DNA from: an uncultured Actinomycetes bacterium
GTDB lineage: Bacteria > Actinomycetota > UBA4738 > HRBIN12
Reading direction: 5' to 3'
Assembly (NCBI GenBank): GCA_963704725.1
Contig: OY969934.1
Location: 2,048,001-2,112,000, forward strand
Length of the DNA: 64,000 bases
Shown: one piece after another, positions 61,748-64,000 of the stretch
Position numbering within the stretch: the first letter of the stretch is position 1
How the letters are laid out: each line of letters starts with the position of its first letter
The notes under the pieces: generated by a model
Seen by the model: the letters and a program-made list of their open reading frames with translations, nothing else
What the model was told of the DNA's origin: nothing
Databases searched by the model: none
Made by a program: the position numbers and the translations under genes

Positions 61748-62860
61748 ATGAGCAAGCCCCGCGTCCTGGTCGTCGACGACTCCGTCGTCGTGCGCCGGCT
61801 GGTCTCCAAGGCCCTCGAGCAGGATGGCTCGGTCGAGATCGCCGGGGTCGCGGCCGACGGTCGGATCGCGCTGACGAAGATCGCGCAGAACAAGCCCGAT
61901 CTCGTCGTCCTGGATCTCGAGATGCCCGTCATGGACGGGCTCGAGGCGCTCGCCGAGATCCGCATCCGATGGCCGAAGCTACCGGTCGTCGTCTTCAGCA
62001 CGCTCACCGTCCGGGGCGCGGAGATCACCCTCGAGGCCCTGTCGCGAGGCGCCTCCGATTACGTCCTCAAGCCCGGCCGCAGCGGCGACGCCGCCGAGAA
62101 CCTCGCGCGCGTCCGAGGCGAGCTCCTGCCGAGGATCTTCGCCCTGTGTCCGGCCGTGTCGGGCCCGCGGCGCCTGGAGGGCATCCGGCCCCCCGCGCGA
62201 CCGCAGGCCGCCCCCCGCCCCAGAGCCACCCGGCTCGCGCCCCGCGGCCCCATCGAGGTCGTCGCGATCGGCACCTCGACGGGCGGCCCGAGCGCGCTGG
62301 CGGAGCTCGTGCCGGCGCTGCCCGAGTCGCTGCCCGTGCCCGTCGTGATCGTCCAGCACATGCCGCCGGAGTTCACGCGGTTCCTCGCCGACCGGCTCGA
62401 CCGCCGGTCGGCCCTGCACGTCCGCGAGGCGTCAAACGGCGACCCGCTGGTGGCCGGTGACGTCCTGATCGCGCCGGGAGACCGCCACATGGTCGTGGAG
62501 ACGATGGGGGGCGGCCTCCAGGTCCGAACGCACCGCGGGCCCCACGAGAACTCCTGTCGTCCTTCCGTGGATCCGCTCTTCCGATCCGTCGCCGACACGG
62601 TCGGCTCGGGCGCCCTCGCGGTCGTCCTCACCGGCATGGGCAGCGACGGCCTGCGGGGCGCCGAGCACGTGCGCGCGGCAGGTGGCCGGATCCTCGTGCA
62701 GGACGAGGCCTCGAGCGTGATCTGGGGGATGCCCGGCTTCGTGGCCAGATCCGGGCTCGCCGACGCCGTGATCCCGCTCCGGTCCATGTCCCGGGAGATC
62801 ACCGACCGCGTGAACGCCGGACGCGCCTCCCTGCGCCGGGCCCAGGGAGCCTCGACATGA
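61748..62860 (+). CDS. cheB: Chemotaxis methylesterase CheB
   Basis: REC domain; GTSTGGP, VQHMP, RPSVD, LTGMGSDG, WGMP. Confidence 0.96.
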   Translation: MSKPRVLVVDDSVVVRRLVSKALEQDGSVEIAGVAADGRIALTKIAQNKPDLVVLDLEMPVMDGLEALAEIRIRWPKLPVVVFSTLTVRGAEITLEALSRGASDYVLKPGRSGDAAENLARVRGELLPRIFALCPAVSGPRRLEGIRPPARPQAAPRPRATRLAPRGPIEVVAIGTSTGGPSALAELVPALPESLPVPVVIVQHMPPEFTRFLADRLDRRSALHVREASNGDPLVAGDVLIAPGDRHMVVETMGGGLQVRTHRGPHENSCRPSVDPLFRSVADTVGSGALAVVLTGMGSDGLRGAEHVRAAGGRILVQDEASSVIWGMPGFVARSGLADAVIPLRSMSREITDRVNAGRASLRRAQGAST

Positions 62861-63705
62861 GCCTGCCCACCTCGGACTTCGACTACATCCGGGATCTCGT
62901 CCGCGAGCGGGCGGCCATCGTGCTCGAGCCCCACAAGGAGTACCTCGCGGTGACGCGCCTCGAGCCGCTGGCGCGGGGCGTCGGGCTCGGCACGGTCTCC
63001 GAGCTGGTCGCTCGTCTCCGCAGGGACTCGGAATCCTGGCTGCACGAGCGGGTCGTGGAGGCCATGGCGACGAACGAGACCTCGTTCTTCCGGGACCTGC
63101 ATCCCTTCGAGAGCCTCGGCACGGACGTGCTCCCCGCCGTCATGGAGGCGAACCGGGCGCGCCGGGTGATCAACATCTGGTCGGCGGCCTGCGCCAGCGG
63201 GCAGGAGCCCTACAGCGTGGCGATGCTGCTCGACGAGCAGTTCCCGGAGCTCGCGTCCTGGTCCGTGAGCATCCTGGCGACCGACCTGTCGGGCACGATC
63301 GTGGAGCAGGCGCGGAACGGCCGCTTCGGACAGATCGAGATGAACCGTGGTCTTCCCGCCCATCTGCACGTGAAATACTTCCACCGCGACGGCTCGCACT
63401 GGCAGATCGACGATTCGATCCGGAACCGCGTGAGGTTCAAGACGCTCAACCTCGTGAACGACTGGCCGATCCTGCCCGTCATGGACATCGTGCTGCTGCG
63501 CAACGTCATGATCTACTTCGACCAACAGACGCGGCAGGATATCCTCAAGCGGCTGCGGTCCGTGCTCCGGCCGAACGGGTTCCTGCTCCTGGGCGCTTCC
63601 GAGACGACGTCCAACGTCGACGAGGGGTACGACCGATACCCGGTCGGCAGGACGATGTGGTTCCGCAGGAAGGCGACCGCCTCGCCCATCGACAACTTCG
63701 CGTAG
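62857..63705 (+). CDS. cheR: Chemotaxis methyltransferase CheR
   Basis: TNETSFFRD, IWSAACASGQEPYS, RNVMIYFD, LGASE. Confidence 0.96.
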   Translation: MSLPTSDFDYIRDLVRERAAIVLEPHKEYLAVTRLEPLARGVGLGTVSELVARLRRDSESWLHERVVEAMATNETSFFRDLHPFESLGTDVLPAVMEANRARRVINIWSAACASGQEPYSVAMLLDEQFPELASWSVSILATDLSGTIVEQARNGRFGQIEMNRGLPAHLHVKYFHRDGSHWQIDDSIRNRVRFKTLNLVNDWPILPVMDIVLLRNVMIYFDQQTRQDILKRLRSVLRPNGFLLLGASETTSNVDEGYDRYPVGRTMWFRRKATASPIDNFA

Positions 63706-63718
63706 ACAGGGGACAGCC

Positions 63719-64000
63719 GTGGAGATCTCCCAGGAAGACATCGCGCAGATCGTGACCGACATCTGGTCCACGATGCTGGGGCTCGAGGTCAAGGCGAGGA
63801 CCGTGCCCGTACGCGAGGTCGAGGGCGGTCGCCAGGTCTCGGCCTCGGTGCAGGTCACCGGCGAGTGGGAGGGGGCCATCGCCATCAACTGCCCCGAGTC
63901 CGTCGGCCGCCGGGTCGCCGCGGCCATGTTCGGGATCGAGGACGGCCAGGCCTCCGAGGCAGACGTGCACGATGCCATCGGAGAGGTCGCCAACATGACG
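63719..64000 (+). CDS. cheX: CheX-like phosphatase (partial)
   Basis: Manual translation VEISQEDIAQIVTDIWSTMLG...TGEWEGAI...AAAMFG...DAIGEVANM (ExxN). Confidence 0.82.
   Translation, partial: MEISQEDIAQIVTDIWSTMLGLEVKARTVPVREVEGGRQVSASVQVTGEWEGAIAINCPESVGRRVAAAMFGIEDGQASEADVHDAIGEVANMT

Overview
High-GC (roughly 70%+) bacterial chromosome segment with actinobacterial gene content and order (mIHF-gmk-rpoZ-coaBC-metK-priA; pyr and aro/efp/nusB clusters); the taxonomic call is inference. Bases 1-36.7 kb are mostly minus-strand core genes: pheS, a TrmH-histidine kinase fusion, infC-rpmI-rplT, cspA, a rib operon with FMN riboswitch, a REC-GGDEF cyclase, rpe/rsmB/fmt/def/priA/metK/coaBC/rpoZ/gmk/mihF, a pyr operon with PyrR attenuator, a small plus-strand tatA/ECF-sigma islet, nusB/efp/pepQ, and aro genes with an inserted VapBC module. 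Bases 36.8-54.8 kb hold a secretin-less type IV pilus cluster. It includes two near-identical BldC/Xis-like HTH genes preceded by a phased 9-bp repeat array, a zinc-ribbon STAND ATPase and a Roadblock-domain protein. A chemosensory operon (cheA-cheW-mcp-mcp-cheY-cheB-cheR-cheX) runs divergently from 55 kb and shares sigma28/FliA-like promoter motifs with the pilus genes. Best candidates for new biology: the twin HTH plus 9-bp array module, the Che/Roadblock/STAND/T4P locus, the RNA methyltransferase-kinase fusion, and a PyrD with a rewritten active site. All family calls come from motif recognition by eye; no database searches were run.
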